Of a stretch of 64,000 nucleotides of DNA, positions 28,401 to 39,054 are shown piece by piece. The notes under the pieces are model-generated. The model searched no databases and was not told the origin of the DNA. It was given only the letters and a program-made list of their open reading frames with translations. A program made the translations under genes and the position numbers. The first letter of the stretch is position 1, and each line of letters opens with the position of its first letter. The DNA lies in contig JACQIB010000001.1 of the NCBI GenBank assembly GCA_016198755.1, positions 96,001 through 160,000 of the forward strand, read 5' to 3'. The stretch is from Candidatus Aenigmatarchaeota archaeon (GTDB lineage: Archaea > Aenigmatarchaeota > Aenigmatarchaeia > Aenigmatarchaeales > JACQIB01).

Positions 28401-30872
28401 TTATTTCACGCTCCTTATGATAGAGTTTACATCAATAGTTCCCCAATCAGATTTGTGCGGATCAATAAAGTCTTCCCCGGGCACAAACTGTATTATTATC
28501 TTGTTGTTGTCCCTCACAGTTCCATCATACTCTATTTTCAAGTCCTGCAAAGCATTCATCAGCCTTCTTTCCAGATAACCTGAATGCCTTGTCCTAAGTG
28601 ATTTATCCATGAGTCCTTCTCTTCCACTTAAAACATCAAAGAAAAATTCAACCGGAGTCAGTCCGGACTTAAATGAATTTGAAACAAATCCATGAGCCAA
28701 CGGTGTTAAATCACCAACTAAAAAGTGAGACAGAGTTCTGCCGCGGAAACCGCGCTGTATTCTCTCTCCTAGAACTCTTTCCTGCCCTACACATCCAATC
28801 AGCTGTGTCATGTGAGTTATGGAACCTCGCGCACCGCTTCTGGCCATGATTATGGCTCCGTTAAATCCTAATCCAGCTGAAACAATAGAACCTATATTGT
28901 CAGTTACCTTTACAAGCAGCTTTATCATGTTAGCTTCAAAGCTCTCTTTCATTGTTCTTCCTGGTAGAAGTTCTATATTTCCCTTTGCATAAGTTTCTAT
29001 AAGTTCATTTGAAGTTCTGTCCCCGTGCTCAAGCTCAAGTTTTATTTTCTTCTTTGATTCATCTGAAATATCCACATCATCCAGACCAACTGTAAATCCA
29101 ACTTTCTCAAACCATTTAATCCCCAGCAAAGAAACCCTGTCAATAAATATGTGTGCAGCCTCATCCCCAAACTCTCTCTGTATCCTGTCTATAATCTTCC
29201 CAGCTTCCCTTCCTATGGCATTTTTGTCTATTACCCCCTTTTTCAAAACTCCATTCTCTATAACAACAAAACTATCATGCTTGCATGTTTCAGCAGTGCA
29301 TTTTTCACATCCAGGTTTCATTGACTTAATCTTAAAGCTCATGTTAAGTCCCTTTGGAAGAATATGGCTGAAAAGTTCCTTTCCAGTGAATGTTTTCTTT
29401 TCAGGCAGATCAGGCTCAACTCCAATCTCAGCTAAAATTCTGAAAGCATCCTCCCTGTTCATTTCAGTTCCTTCCATTGTAAGTGTGTAGTTGCCTGAAA
29501 CGTGATCATGCTCACATCCAATGATAGGCCCTCCAAACCTTGGTGATCTTATATGTTTTGATGCATCCATCAGCATCATTGCCTCAGCTCTGGCTTCTTC
29601 AGTCTGTAAAACGTGCAGATTCATTTCATCTCCATCGAAGTCTGCGTTATATGGAGGAGTAACAGCAAGATTCATTGTGAATGTTCTCCATGGCGTTACT
29701 CTTACTCTGTGGGCCATTATAGACATCCTGTGCAGAGATGGCTGGCGGTTGAAAAGAACAACATCCCCATTCTGCAAATGTCTCTCTATGCTATAACCAA
29801 TACCAACTTCCTTCAGTATTTCCTCTTTATTTTCATCTGTTATTTTCCTTCTCTTCCCATCTGGCCTTACTATATAGTTTGCAGAAGGCCACCTAGGTGA
29901 AATTTGTATAACTTTCTTTATCTCTTCTATGTTATTTGGTGTAACAGCAACAGGTATTGTAAGCTCTTTTGCAATAACAAGCGGAACCCCAACTTCGTTT
30001 ATGCTTATATACGGATCAGGACTGATAACAGTTCTTGCAGAATAATTAACTCTCTTTCCTGCTAGGTTCTGTCTGAACCTTCCTTCTTTTGATCTTAATC
30101 TGTCAGCCAATGTTTTAAGCGGCCTTCCGGAGCGGTGGCGTGCAGCTGGTATGCCTGCCAGCTCATTATCAAAGTAAGTTGCAGTGTGATATTGCAGAAG
30201 TTCCCATAAATCCTCTATTATGAAATCCGGAGCTCCAATCTCGATATTTTCCCTAAGCCTGTGGTTAATCCTTATAATGTCCACTAATTTATGTGTTAAA
30301 TCATCTTCAGACCTCTCACCTGTTTCAAGAGTTATTGAAGGCCTTGTTATTACGGGAGGTATAGGGAATATTGTAAGTATAAGCCATTCTGGCCTTCCGC
30401 CCAAAAAGTTAAAGTTAGGCAAATCTTCCTGCGGTATTCTCTCAAATCTTTCCCTTATCTGAAGAGGCGTGAGTATTTTCTCCCCCTCATTATAACTGTA
30501 GGGTTTTTCAAATTTAACATCCTTCTGTTCTGCCCCGCAGTAAGAGCATTTCTTAGCAGTTCCAATATGCCTGCTGCAGCTTCCGCATATACTTTTTAAA
30601 ATTTTATGAACCAGTTTAGCATAAAGAACATGGATAATGGGCCTTACCAATTCTATGTTTCCAAAGTGACCATAGCACTGCCCTATAGTCTGATTGCAAG
30701 TTCTACATCTCAATCCAGGATCTATAACTCCTAGTCTAGGATCCATTACGCCCCCTTCCATTGGGAAACCATCATTATCATATAGCTCAGCTTTCACTAT
30801 TTCCACAACTGAGAGTTTCTTTACCATCTGCGGTGAAAGCAGCTTGAATTCTATTTTGTTTATCATGCTCAT
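28401..30872 (-). CDS. rpoA1: RNA polymerase subunit A' (Rpo1N)
   Basis: YNADFDGDEMN catalytic motif. Confidence 0.98.
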   Translation of the reverse strand: MSMINKIEFKLLSPQMVKKLSVVEIVKAELYDNDGFPMEGGVMDPRLGVIDPGLRCRTCNQTIGQCYGHFGNIELVRPIIHVLYAKLVHKILKSICGSCSRHIGTAKKCSYCGAEQKDVKFEKPYSYNEGEKILTPLQIRERFERIPQEDLPNFNFLGGRPEWLILTIFPIPPVITRPSITLETGERSEDDLTHKLVDIIRINHRLRENIEIGAPDFIIEDLWELLQYHTATYFDNELAGIPAARHRSGRPLKTLADRLRSKEGRFRQNLAGKRVNYSARTVISPDPYISINEVGVPLVIAKELTIPVAVTPNNIEEIKKVIQISPRWPSANYIVRPDGKRRKITDENKEEILKEVGIGYSIERHLQNGDVVLFNRQPSLHRMSIMAHRVRVTPWRTFTMNLAVTPPYNADFDGDEMNLHVLQTEEARAEAMMLMDASKHIRSPRFGGPIIGCEHDHVSGNYTLTMEGTEMNREDAFRILAEIGVEPDLPEKKTFTGKELFSHILPKGLNMSFKIKSMKPGCEKCTAETCKHDSFVVIENGVLKKGVIDKNAIGREAGKIIDRIQREFGDEAAHIFIDRVSLLGIKWFEKVGFTVGLDDVDISDESKKKIKLELEHGDRTSNELIETYAKGNIELLPGRTMKESFEANMIKLLVKVTDNIGSIVSAGLGFNGAIIMARSGARGSITHMTQLIGCVGQERVLGERIQRGFRGRTLSHFLVGDLTPLAHGFVSNSFKSGLTPVEFFFDVLSGREGLMDKSLRTRHSGYLERRLMNALQDLKIEYDGTVRDNNKIIIQFVPGEDFIDPHKSDWGTIDVNSIIRSVK

Positions 30873-30873
30873 T

Positions 30874-33800
30874 TTATTCCCCTACATCCAGCTTTGGATA
30901 TATTATCATTGATTTTAGTTCATCCAAGAGCAGCTTGAAAGCATAACTCATATCCACATTAACAACTTCATTATCCTTGCACATCGGACAGGTGTATATT
31001 GATGTGGCTTTGTCAAATACAGCTGTCACTCCGCATTTTTTGCAAATAGGAACACTCACTTTATCCGAATCAAACCTTTCCTTCAGGGTTAAAACAGCAC
31101 CGTGTGCAATAAGGCAGTCTTTTTCCATTTCCCCCAGCCTCAACCCTCCTTCTTTTGCCTTTCCTTCAGTTGGCTGCCTTGTTAAAAGTGTAACAGGACC
31201 GCGTGAACGTGCCTGTAATTTGTTTGCAACCATGTGGTCAAGTTTCTGGTAAAAGTTCACACCAACAAAAATCTCAACTTCATACTTTTCCCCAGTCATA
31301 CCATTATACATAGTTTCCTTTCCATCACTTCTGAACCCTAAATTCAAAAGCATGTCTCTTATGCTTTTTTCTGTTGGAGAGGAAAATGGTGTAGCATCTA
31401 TTTTACCTCCGTTCAATGCGGCTGTCTTTCCTGAAAGCATTTCCAGCAGCTGTCCAACTGTTTGTCTGGAAGGTATAGAGTGCGGGTTGAAAATAACATC
31501 AGGAACATATCCTGAAGCTGTGAACGGCATATCCTCCTCATTAGCCAATAGTCCAACAATTGATTTTTGTCCGTGCCTGCTTGCAAACTTGTCACCAACC
31601 TCAGGAACCCTAAGATCCCTTACACAAATTTTCAAAAGCTTATTTCCGTTTATTGTTTCAGTTGCAAAAACTCTGTCCACAACTCCCCTCTCAGACGGTC
31701 TCATTGTTATTGAGCTTTCTCTCATGTTTGCAATCCCGCCCATAAGCTCGTTCGCACTCAAGAATCTCATTGGAGAAATTTTACCCATTATAACATCCCC
31801 GCCGAAAACAGGTTCTTCAGGAGCTAAAACTCCATCCTCATTCAATTTTGCATATTCTTCCTCTGCTTTGTACCCTCTTACATCCTTCTCAGGCACACCA
31901 ATCTTATCCTCCTGTCCTCCCCAGTATCTCCTCTCCTCACCAGTGTAAATTCTGTAAAATACAGACCTGAACAACCCCCTCTCTATGGAAGATTTGTTCA
32001 TTACAATAGCATCTTCCATGTTATACCCATGGTAGTTCATGACAGCAATTATTACATTGTTTCCTGAAGGATGTGAAGTCAATCCTGCAATCTTAAGGGT
32101 GTCAGTGTCTACAAGAGGAAGCTGTGGATAAATAAGAACATTGGATTTTGTATCAGTGCGTAAAAAGAAATTGGATTGATATAGTCCAATGGCTTGCCCT
32201 ACCATTTTAGCTCCGAAGTTTACTCTGTCTCCTCTGTTGTGGTGGGCAAATGGAAGCAGGCTTGCAGACAATCCTAAAAGCAAAAGCGGCGCAAGTTCCA
32301 AGTGCGTTGTCTTTTCCTGTATATCCTTCTCGTACATTGCAACAAAAGCATTATCCTCCTCATCAGCATCTAAAAATTCTACAAACCCTGCTTTCACAAG
32401 ATCCTTCCATTTCATTTCCTTCCCTAACTTATTGATGTGCTCTTCAGTCAGCCTGCTCTTGCCATTTTCAACAACAGCTAGCGGCCTCCTAACTCTCCCG
32501 GAATCCATGTTTATCCTTATTTCCCCCTGTTCCTTTACATATCCAACATTCAGTTCCTGTGGTATTATGTCCCCCCTCCTTCTCTTTATCATCTCAGCTA
32601 TTATCTCAGGCTTCTGGAAACCAACAGGATTACCATCCAAAATAACCATTGCCTCCCCTTCAGATTTCTCGGGATTTACTTTCAGCCATTTCAGTATTTT
32701 TTCTTTCTCTACATCAGAACCGCGCTTTGTAACTTCAGCCATTAAAGCCAAGTGCTTTCTAAGACCTATCGTTGGTCCTTCAGGTGTTTCAGCAGGACAA
32801 AACCTTCCATAGTTTGTTGGATGCAGTTCCCTTGCCTCAAAATGTTCCTGTGTGCTTGTTAATGGAGAAAGAACCATTCTTAAGTGGGATAGTGTTTTGA
32901 TATAGTTGGATCTGTCTAGTCTTTGTGAAACTCCTGTCCTACCTCCTGTCCATGCTCCTGTAGCCATTGCAGATATAAGCTGGTTTGAAACAACATTGGA
33001 CTCCACAACAGTTTGTATTGGCGGAAGTTTCCCTCTTTTAGCCATTTTTTGGTAGTTGTACTTTACTCTTGTTATAAGCCCCCATCTTCCGACCAATATT
33101 GATCTGAACAAAACTTCCAGCAAATCCCCTGCCATCCTGACCCTCTTGTTTGCATAGTGGTCTATGTCATCCTCATCCACTGTACCATTTGAAAGCCCTA
33201 TAATTTTCCTGATAACAAGGCAGAGATAATTTGCTTTTATCTTTCTGCTTTTTGAATCCTGCCCTAAATGAGGGAAAAGATATCTGTCCAGAATCTGTTC
33301 AATCCTTTCTTTCTGGCTCTCTTTCTGCACAACTTTCATATGATTAGCCATAAACTCTATGGCATCTTTTTGTGTTTTAACATCAGTTTCGTACAAATTC
33401 CCATAAAATTCCTCAGAAACTTTCTCCCCTCCTCCCACAGCTTCTACAATTTCCTTATCACTTTCCAAACCAAGTGCCTTAAGCAGTGCAATAACAGGCA
33501 GCCTCCTTATGTTTGCAAAGGAAATAGAAATAGAACCATCATTTTTCCTTTCTATAGCATGCCTCTGAACATATCCCCCTCTTTCAGAGTTTACTCTTGC
33601 AATCTCAGTATAGTTTCCTATATCCTGCTTCTGTACAATAATCCTGTTGGATGCTATCTCTTCTATCAAAATCAAAACTCTTTCTGTCCCGTTGATAACA
33701 AAATATCCGCCTGGATCCAAAGGATCTTCTCCTGCAGCTTCCAGTTGATCAGTTTTCATTTTACCCAGCGGACAGAATTTTGATTTTAACATTATTGGAA

Positions 33801-34143
33801 GAGATCCAACCTGCACATTAACTGTCTCCTGCTCAACCTTATTCACAACAGGAGTCATTTCCACATAAACCGGTGCAGCATAAGTAAGATCCCTTAACCT
33901 TGCCTCCAGCGGCATTATTTTCCTTACAGTTCCGTCAGCCTCAGAAACGCTTGGTTCCCCAATGCTAACAGCCCCAAACTTTATTTTCAGCTCCCCAATC
34001 TCAGGCACTTCCGGAACTATTTCCCCTATATCATCCACTATTTTCTGCAGCCTGTTATCCACAAAATCATTAAAACTCTCTATCTGGAACCTTACAAATC
34101 CCACCTCATTCGCAAAAGAATTGAGAATAGGTTTTAGTTCCAT
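30874..34143 (-). CDS. rpoB: RNA polymerase subunit B (unsplit Rpo2)
   Basis: GDKFASRHGQK, GGLRLGEME, C-terminal zinc ribbon. Confidence 0.98.
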   Translation of the reverse strand: MELKPILNSFANEVGFVRFQIESFNDFVDNRLQKIVDDIGEIVPEVPEIGELKIKFGAVSIGEPSVSEADGTVRKIMPLEARLRDLTYAAPVYVEMTPVVNKVEQETVNVQVGSLPIMLKSKFCPLGKMKTDQLEAAGEDPLDPGGYFVINGTERVLILIEEIASNRIIVQKQDIGNYTEIARVNSERGGYVQRHAIERKNDGSISISFANIRRLPVIALLKALGLESDKEIVEAVGGGEKVSEEFYGNLYETDVKTQKDAIEFMANHMKVVQKESQKERIEQILDRYLFPHLGQDSKSRKIKANYLCLVIRKIIGLSNGTVDEDDIDHYANKRVRMAGDLLEVLFRSILVGRWGLITRVKYNYQKMAKRGKLPPIQTVVESNVVSNQLISAMATGAWTGGRTGVSQRLDRSNYIKTLSHLRMVLSPLTSTQEHFEARELHPTNYGRFCPAETPEGPTIGLRKHLALMAEVTKRGSDVEKEKILKWLKVNPEKSEGEAMVILDGNPVGFQKPEIIAEMIKRRRGDIIPQELNVGYVKEQGEIRINMDSGRVRRPLAVVENGKSRLTEEHINKLGKEMKWKDLVKAGFVEFLDADEEDNAFVAMYEKDIQEKTTHLELAPLLLLGLSASLLPFAHHNRGDRVNFGAKMVGQAIGLYQSNFFLRTDTKSNVLIYPQLPLVDTDTLKIAGLTSHPSGNNVIIAVMNYHGYNMEDAIVMNKSSIERGLFRSVFYRIYTGEERRYWGGQEDKIGVPEKDVRGYKAEEEYAKLNEDGVLAPEEPVFGGDVIMGKISPMRFLSANELMGGIANMRESSITMRPSERGVVDRVFATETINGNKLLKICVRDLRVPEVGDKFASRHGQKSIVGLLANEEDMPFTASGYVPDVIFNPHSIPSRQTVGQLLEMLSGKTAALNGGKIDATPFSSPTEKSIRDMLLNLGFRSDGKETMYNGMTGEKYEVEIFVGVNFYQKLDHMVANKLQARSRGPVTLLTRQPTEGKAKEGGLRLGEMEKDCLIAHGAVLTLKERFDSDKVSVPICKKCGVTAVFDKATSIYTCPMCKDNEVVNVDMSYAFKLLLDELKSMIIYPKLDVGE

Positions 34144-34406
34144 TATTCATCAGCCTCCTTAATAACAATCCTAAAGTATTCAGAAGTTCCCGCGGTGTGG
34201 CTGCTTCTGATAACTTTCAATACATCCCCAACCTTTGCCCCAATAGATTTTACAACCGGATCCGTTGAATCAATCTTTGGAAGCTGCTGCGGAATAATAT
34301 TATATTTATCCATTAAAACCTTTTTTTCAGCTTCACCCAAAATAGTATGCTCTGGAACTAAGCGATGTTTCAGAATATCAAATGTTTTTTCCTCTTCCTT
34401 TTTCAT
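34143..34406 (-). CDS. rpoH: RNA polymerase subunit H (Rpo5)
   Basis: HRLVPEH, LPKI..TDP, R.S.TAG. Confidence 0.96.
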   Translation of the reverse strand: MKKEEEKTFDILKHRLVPEHTILGEAEKKVLMDKYNIIPQQLPKIDSTDPVVKSIGAKVGDVLKVIRSSHTAGTSEYFRIVIKEADE

Positions 34407-34420
34407 GGGGGCACCTGTTG

Positions 34421-34462
34421 ACAGAGCCAGCCAATCCCGAAGGATTATCAGGGCTAGCTTGT
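34421..34462 (-). promoter_or_regulatory. Structured 5' leader hairpin with cUUCGg tetraloop
   Basis: ACA-AGCUAGCC-[CUGAU]-AAUCC-UUCG-GGAUU-GGCUGGCU-C-UGU just upstream of the rpoH RBS. Confidence 0.55.
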
Positions 34463-34532
34463 AATTTTGGTTAAAACCTTCTTTCTTTTCCTCTACCTAA
34501 CCTTATAAAGCTTTCGGTTTTGCTTCATTCTC

Positions 34533-34838
34533 CTACTTTACCCCTTCCAGAACCAGACCCTTCCTAAACCCTCCCCTTTCACCCAGTTTTTTCAGCCTTA
34601 TCCTCTCAATCTCCCCCATATCAAATCCCCTGAACTCGCAGATAGCATTTACAACTTCCAGAATATCAGCAACTTCCTCTTTACTTTCATTTGCAGAAAA
34701 TTCCATAACCTCCCCTTCCAGCTTTTCTTTCAGTTTATCCCAATATTCCTTCCCTTCCACTATTTTAAAAACAGGTTCCTTTCCAGCCCTTTTCATTATC
34801 TCAGGCATATTGTCCCTAACTAGTTTTCCGAGCCTCAT
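34533..34838 (-). CDS. MazG-like nucleoside triphosphate pyrophosphohydrolase
   Basis: KLVRD..PEI, EEVADILEV, ERGGF. Confidence 0.88.
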   Translation of the reverse strand: MRLGKLVRDNMPEIMKRAGKEPVFKIVEGKEYWDKLKEKLEGEVMEFSANESKEEVADILEVVNAICEFRGFDMGEIERIRLKKLGERGGFRKGLVLEGVK

Positions 34839-34885
34839 TCAACTCCATTCTATCCATACCTACTTAAAGAAAACGGTTTCAGAAT

Positions 34886-35275
34886 CTAAGAAGCACTAAA
34901 AAAGCCCTTGTTTTTAACTACCTTTTTCTGCATATCCTTTCTAATCTTTTCCCCGGCTTCCTTTAATTTATCTCCCTCAGTATCATTTCCTCTAGCAGAC
35001 GTCTGCAAATCCCATGCAGCTTTCTCTACACCAGAATATCCATCCAAAAGTACTTCTTTTGTCTTTCCAACAGCACCTCTATATCCTAATACAACCCCTT
35101 TTGTAAGCTCGTCCTTCCACCTGAACAGAGCATATGTTAAAACAAGCACAGGTGCCAGAATAAACGGGTGGTAAAACGGAAGTCTAAAAAAAGAGCCCGC
35201 ATGTTCTATGGCAAGAGTTGCAGCAATATCCATGCCAGCAGCCACCTGTACAGAAGTTTTTGAATTTACATACAT
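34886..35275 (-). CDS. Hypothetical membrane protein
   Basis: 129-aa ORF with TM segment. Confidence 0.5.
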   Translation of the reverse strand: MYVNSKTSVQVAAGMDIAATLAIEHAGSFFRLPFYHPFILAPVLVLTYALFRWKDELTKGVVLGYRGAVGKTKEVLLDGYSGVEKAAWDLQTSARGNDTEGDKLKEAGEKIRKDMQKKVVKNKGFFSAS

Positions 35276-35366
35276 ACTACACTTTTAACATGGCTTACTT
35301 ATAAGGTTTTTTGCACTCCAACATATAGGTATTTAAAACTTGCCTTTCATCCCTATATTGGTAAAA

Positions 35367-35834
35367 ATGCCAGTATACAACAGAGCACGCTTTAAGGTTA
35401 GCGATAAAGAAGTTGTTCCAGCCAGAGTTAGGCATGTTGATTTAGGTAGATATCAATTCGATGTGGTGCTCCCTGGGGGAGTATATGGAGGCCATGTTAT
35501 GGTTCTGCAACCAGATGGGGACAGAAAAGACCAAGCAGTTGGGCGCAGATACTATCACAGGGATGTTGTCATAACTTTAGATCCTACACAGTATAGGCCA
35601 CCAGTTCCTTCTGGAGATCCATTACATCCTTCAAGTGGAACTCCTGTAAGGGTTTCAAGAGACCATGGAATAATAAAGCAGGGTACCAGGAGAATAGGCT
35701 GGGTAGCTAATCCAGATTCTCTGCCACATATTTTAGAAGCTTTGGATCAAATACCAGACGAAAAACCTCCGCTTGGGACAGCTAAAACAATTTTAGGAAA
35801 AGTAGTTGGAAGGCGCATAACTCCTACATTCTAA
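35367..35834 (+). CDS. Hypothetical protein
   Basis: ORF 35340-35834, likely ATG at 35367. Confidence 0.5.
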   Translation: MPVYNRARFKVSDKEVVPARVRHVDLGRYQFDVVLPGGVYGGHVMVLQPDGDRKDQAVGRRYYHRDVVITLDPTQYRPPVPSGDPLHPSSGTPVRVSRDHGIIKQGTRRIGWVANPDSLPHILEALDQIPDEKPPLGTAKTILGKVVGRRITPTF

Positions 35835-35881
35835 CTGCTCTAATAGCAGCTTTTTATATCTGCAACACAAAAGGGAAAGGC

Positions 35882-37135
35882 ATGTCTTACAAAGTAAAAG
35901 ATATTGGACTGGCAGAGCAGGGTAAATTAAAAATAGAATGGGCAGAGCAGCAGATGCCAGTTCTAATGAGCATAAGGAAGGACTTTGAAAAAGCACAGCC
36001 CTTCAAGGGAGTAACAGTTGCAGCCTGTTTGCATGTTACTAAAGAGACAGCAGTTCTTGTGCGTACTCTAAAAGCAGGCGGTGCTATAGTTGGGTTGTCA
36101 GCTTCCAATCCTCTATCCACACAGGATGATGTTGCAGCTGCTTTAGCTTCAGAGGGGATAACTGTTTTTGCATGGAAAGGGCAGAACAATGATGAGTATT
36201 ATTGGGGACTTAACCAGCTTCTGGAATTAAAGCCTAACATAACTTTAGATGATGGCGCAGATGTTATTTCCACTATCCACTCTAAAAGAACAGATTTGCT
36301 GAAGAATGTTTTCGCTGGACAGGAAGAAACAACTACTGGAGTAATAAGGCTGAAAGCTATGGCTGCTGACGGAGCCTTAAAGTATCCTATAATAGCTGTT
36401 AATGATACCCCAACAAAGCACATGTTCGACAACTATTACGGTACAGGCCAATCCACAATAGATGGTATACTTAGGGCAACAAACATAATGCTTGCTGGAA
36501 AGACAGTTGTTGTATGCGGGTATGGCTACTGCAGTGCTGGTATTGCACTGCGCTCAGATGGTATGGGAGCAAATGTTGTAATAACAGAAGTTGATCCATT
36601 AAAAGCACTGAAAGCTGCAATGGACGGTTACAGAGTTATGCCTTTGAAAGAGGCTTCAAAAATAGGCGATATTTTCATAACAGCCACAGGTGACAAGAAT
36701 ATTCTGCGCGCAGAACATTTCCAGCTAATGAAAAGCGGGGCAATTTTAGCAAACTCAGGGCACTTTAATGTGGAAATAAGCATTCCAGATCTGGAATCCC
36801 TTTCAAAAGAAAGGAAAAAAATAAATGAAAATACTGAAGAATTTACTCTGAAAACAGGAAACAAACTTTACTTTTTAGCTGAAGGTAGATTGGTAAATTT
36901 AGCAGCAGCAGAAGGCCACCCTTCAGCGGTTATGGATATGAGCTTTGCAGACCAGGCTTTAGTTTGTGAGTGGCTTGTTAAAAACTATAAAACCCTTACT
37001 CCTGTTGTACATGATGTTCCAAAAGAGATTGACGAGAAAGTAGCTAGGCTAAAACTAAAGAGCATGGGCGTGGAAATAGATTCTTTAACAGATGAACAGA
37101 AACATTATTTAGGAAGCTGGCAGGAAGGGACTTAA
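35882..37135 (+). CDS. ahcY: S-adenosylhomocysteine hydrolase
   Basis: CLHVTKET, NPLSTQD, EETTTG, GRLVNL..AEGHP. Confidence 0.97.
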   Translation: MSYKVKDIGLAEQGKLKIEWAEQQMPVLMSIRKDFEKAQPFKGVTVAACLHVTKETAVLVRTLKAGGAIVGLSASNPLSTQDDVAAALASEGITVFAWKGQNNDEYYWGLNQLLELKPNITLDDGADVISTIHSKRTDLLKNVFAGQEETTTGVIRLKAMAADGALKYPIIAVNDTPTKHMFDNYYGTGQSTIDGILRATNIMLAGKTVVVCGYGYCSAGIALRSDGMGANVVITEVDPLKALKAAMDGYRVMPLKEASKIGDIFITATGDKNILRAEHFQLMKSGAILANSGHFNVEISIPDLESLSKERKKINENTEEFTLKTGNKLYFLAEGRLVNLAAAEGHPSAVMDMSFADQALVCEWLVKNYKTLTPVVHDVPKEIDEKVARLKLKSMGVEIDSLTDEQKHYLGSWQEGT

Positions 37136-37209
37136 ACGGAACCCCCCCAAACTATTAATCACTTTATAGTAGTGATAGCTTTATATATCGCGAAAACCTA
37201 TTGTTTGTT

Positions 37210-38457
37210 ATGGCAGAACAGGAAACTGGATGGTTCGACCTGTCCATAGAGCAGAGGTTTTCTACCCTTATTTCTGCATTAGGAAATGATCTAAGAAATG
37301 TTATGGTAGCACATGTTCTGCCCAGACAGGCATTCAAAGATAGGAGACAAATAGCTGCAGATTTTTCGAGCTTCGTAGACGCATCAGACAAAAGGCTGAA
37401 AATGCCAATTCCAACTTCTATAGAATCCCACCTTAACAATGTTTTGGTTCCATTATGGGCAGAGGAAAGTCCTGATGGAGGCAGCTGGAGACTTACACAA
37501 GCAGGTTACAGGATAGCAGCACCAGCCGCTGCGCATGCAATAGCTACATCTGTAGAGCTAGGCACAATGAACTCTATTTTAGGCTTTACAAAAAAGGGCG
37601 GTTTTACAACATCCCCATACAAAAGGGCAATAATATTGGAGAATCTATACGAAACAACAGGAGGTGATGGAAAGCATATTTCTATAAGCGAAAGCGATTT
37701 GCAGCGCAGAATAGGATTTAGAAATTCTTCTCTATCCAAGCACCTTCCAGCCCTAAAGGATGCTGGAATGGTAAAGTACGATTCTGTTTCAGCTGAGGAT
37801 ATGGGAGCGCAACTATACAAGTGGAAAGAGGGCAGACCAGAAGATGTGCCACCGCTGCCAAAATTTGCAATAACCTTGGATGTGGCCAGAGCTCTCAAAA
37901 ACTCTAAGGATCCGATGGACTATAAATCCATTGCCTCTATGTTAGGAATACCTCCAACAAGAGTTTCAACTGTACTGAATTATCTTTCAGAGAATGGTTA
38001 TGTAGAAAGTGTAAGCGGTTTTGTAAGGGGAAAGAAAATGTCAGTGGTTAAAATTTCTGACAATGGAGTAGCTTTGATAGATAGGTTTATAGAACCTTTG
38101 AGAGCTACTTCTGTCACCAGACATCCTTCAAAAGAACTTAGAGATTCATCAGACATTTATGGAGGTCGCAGGACACTTGCTGTCGAGCATAACACAGCAG
38201 TTATGGTAGCTTATCAGAGCGAGCTAACTAGAGGAGAGACAAACAGGCATTCACAGGTTATTGGTATGCTCGGGGAAAAGCCTATGAGAATAGTTGATAT
38301 AGAAGAGGTTATTGGTGTTCCTCCAGCCAGATATTTGAGGGACTTAGTTGCTGGTGGCTATGTTCAAAAGAGGAGAGGTTGCCCATCAGACCCTGGAAAA
38401 GGACATGGAGTTTGGTACAGCCGCACATCAAGGCCATTTTCCAGCCCAGCACTTTAA
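37210..38457 (+). CDS. Multi-winged-HTH DNA-binding protein
   Basis: Repeated HTH-like segments (LSKHLPALKDAGMV, VSTVLNYLSENGYV, YLRDLVAGGYV). Confidence 0.65.
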   Translation: MAEQETGWFDLSIEQRFSTLISALGNDLRNVMVAHVLPRQAFKDRRQIAADFSSFVDASDKRLKMPIPTSIESHLNNVLVPLWAEESPDGGSWRLTQAGYRIAAPAAAHAIATSVELGTMNSILGFTKKGGFTTSPYKRAIILENLYETTGGDGKHISISESDLQRRIGFRNSSLSKHLPALKDAGMVKYDSVSAEDMGAQLYKWKEGRPEDVPPLPKFAITLDVARALKNSKDPMDYKSIASMLGIPPTRVSTVLNYLSENGYVESVSGFVRGKKMSVVKISDNGVALIDRFIEPLRATSVTRHPSKELRDSSDIYGGRRTLAVEHNTAVMVAYQSELTRGETNRHSQVIGMLGEKPMRIVDIEEVIGVPPARYLRDLVAGGYVQKRRGCPSDPGKGHGVWYSRTSRPFSSPAL

Positions 38458-38460
38458 TTA

Positions 38461-38907
38461 TTATTTCCCTTCCAGAGTTTTAGGCCCAAAGGGGTAAGGA
38501 AGCAGATCTTTTATTGTTGCAATCAAAACCCTGTCCTTCCTTGTGTTTGAAGAGATAACCTCAACCCCCCCTCCCGCAAACTCAAACAAAATCTGTCTAC
38601 ACTCCCCGCAGGGACCGCAAACATCCTTTGTATCATGATTATCTCCCTTTGCAATAACAGCCATAGATTTGAACTTTTTGTGTCCCATAGAAACAGCTTT
38701 TGCAATAGCAGCCACCTCAGCATGCACAACATGGTATACAGCATTCTCCACATTCGTTGCCCCAACAATTTCTCCACTTTCAGTAAGAACAGCGGCTCCA
38801 ACTGAAAACCCAGAATATGGACTATATGAGTTTTCCATAACCTTCTCAGCAGCATCCAAGAGCATTTTTTGTTCTTTGTTAAGTTTAGTATAGTTTGTTT
38901 CAATCAT
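38461..38907 (-). CDS. cdd: Cytidine deaminase
   Basis: SYSPYSGFSVGAA, HAE, PCGECRQ. Confidence 0.94.
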   Translation of the reverse strand: MIETNYTKLNKEQKMLLDAAEKVMENSYSPYSGFSVGAAVLTESGEIVGATNVENAVYHVVHAEVAAIAKAVSMGHKKFKSMAVIAKGDNHDTKDVCGPCGECRQILFEFAGGGVEVISSNTRKDRVLIATIKDLLPYPFGPKTLEGK

Positions 38908-39054
38908 AAAAGAACTCTGAAAATCAAGGATATAAATCTATTTGCCAAGCCAATATGCAAACTCCCCCCTTTCTCTGCATAACAAAACCTTCCTGTTTCG
39001 TATTATCAGTCTCTGTGCATATGAGCTATTTTAATATGACTATTTACACTCCAA

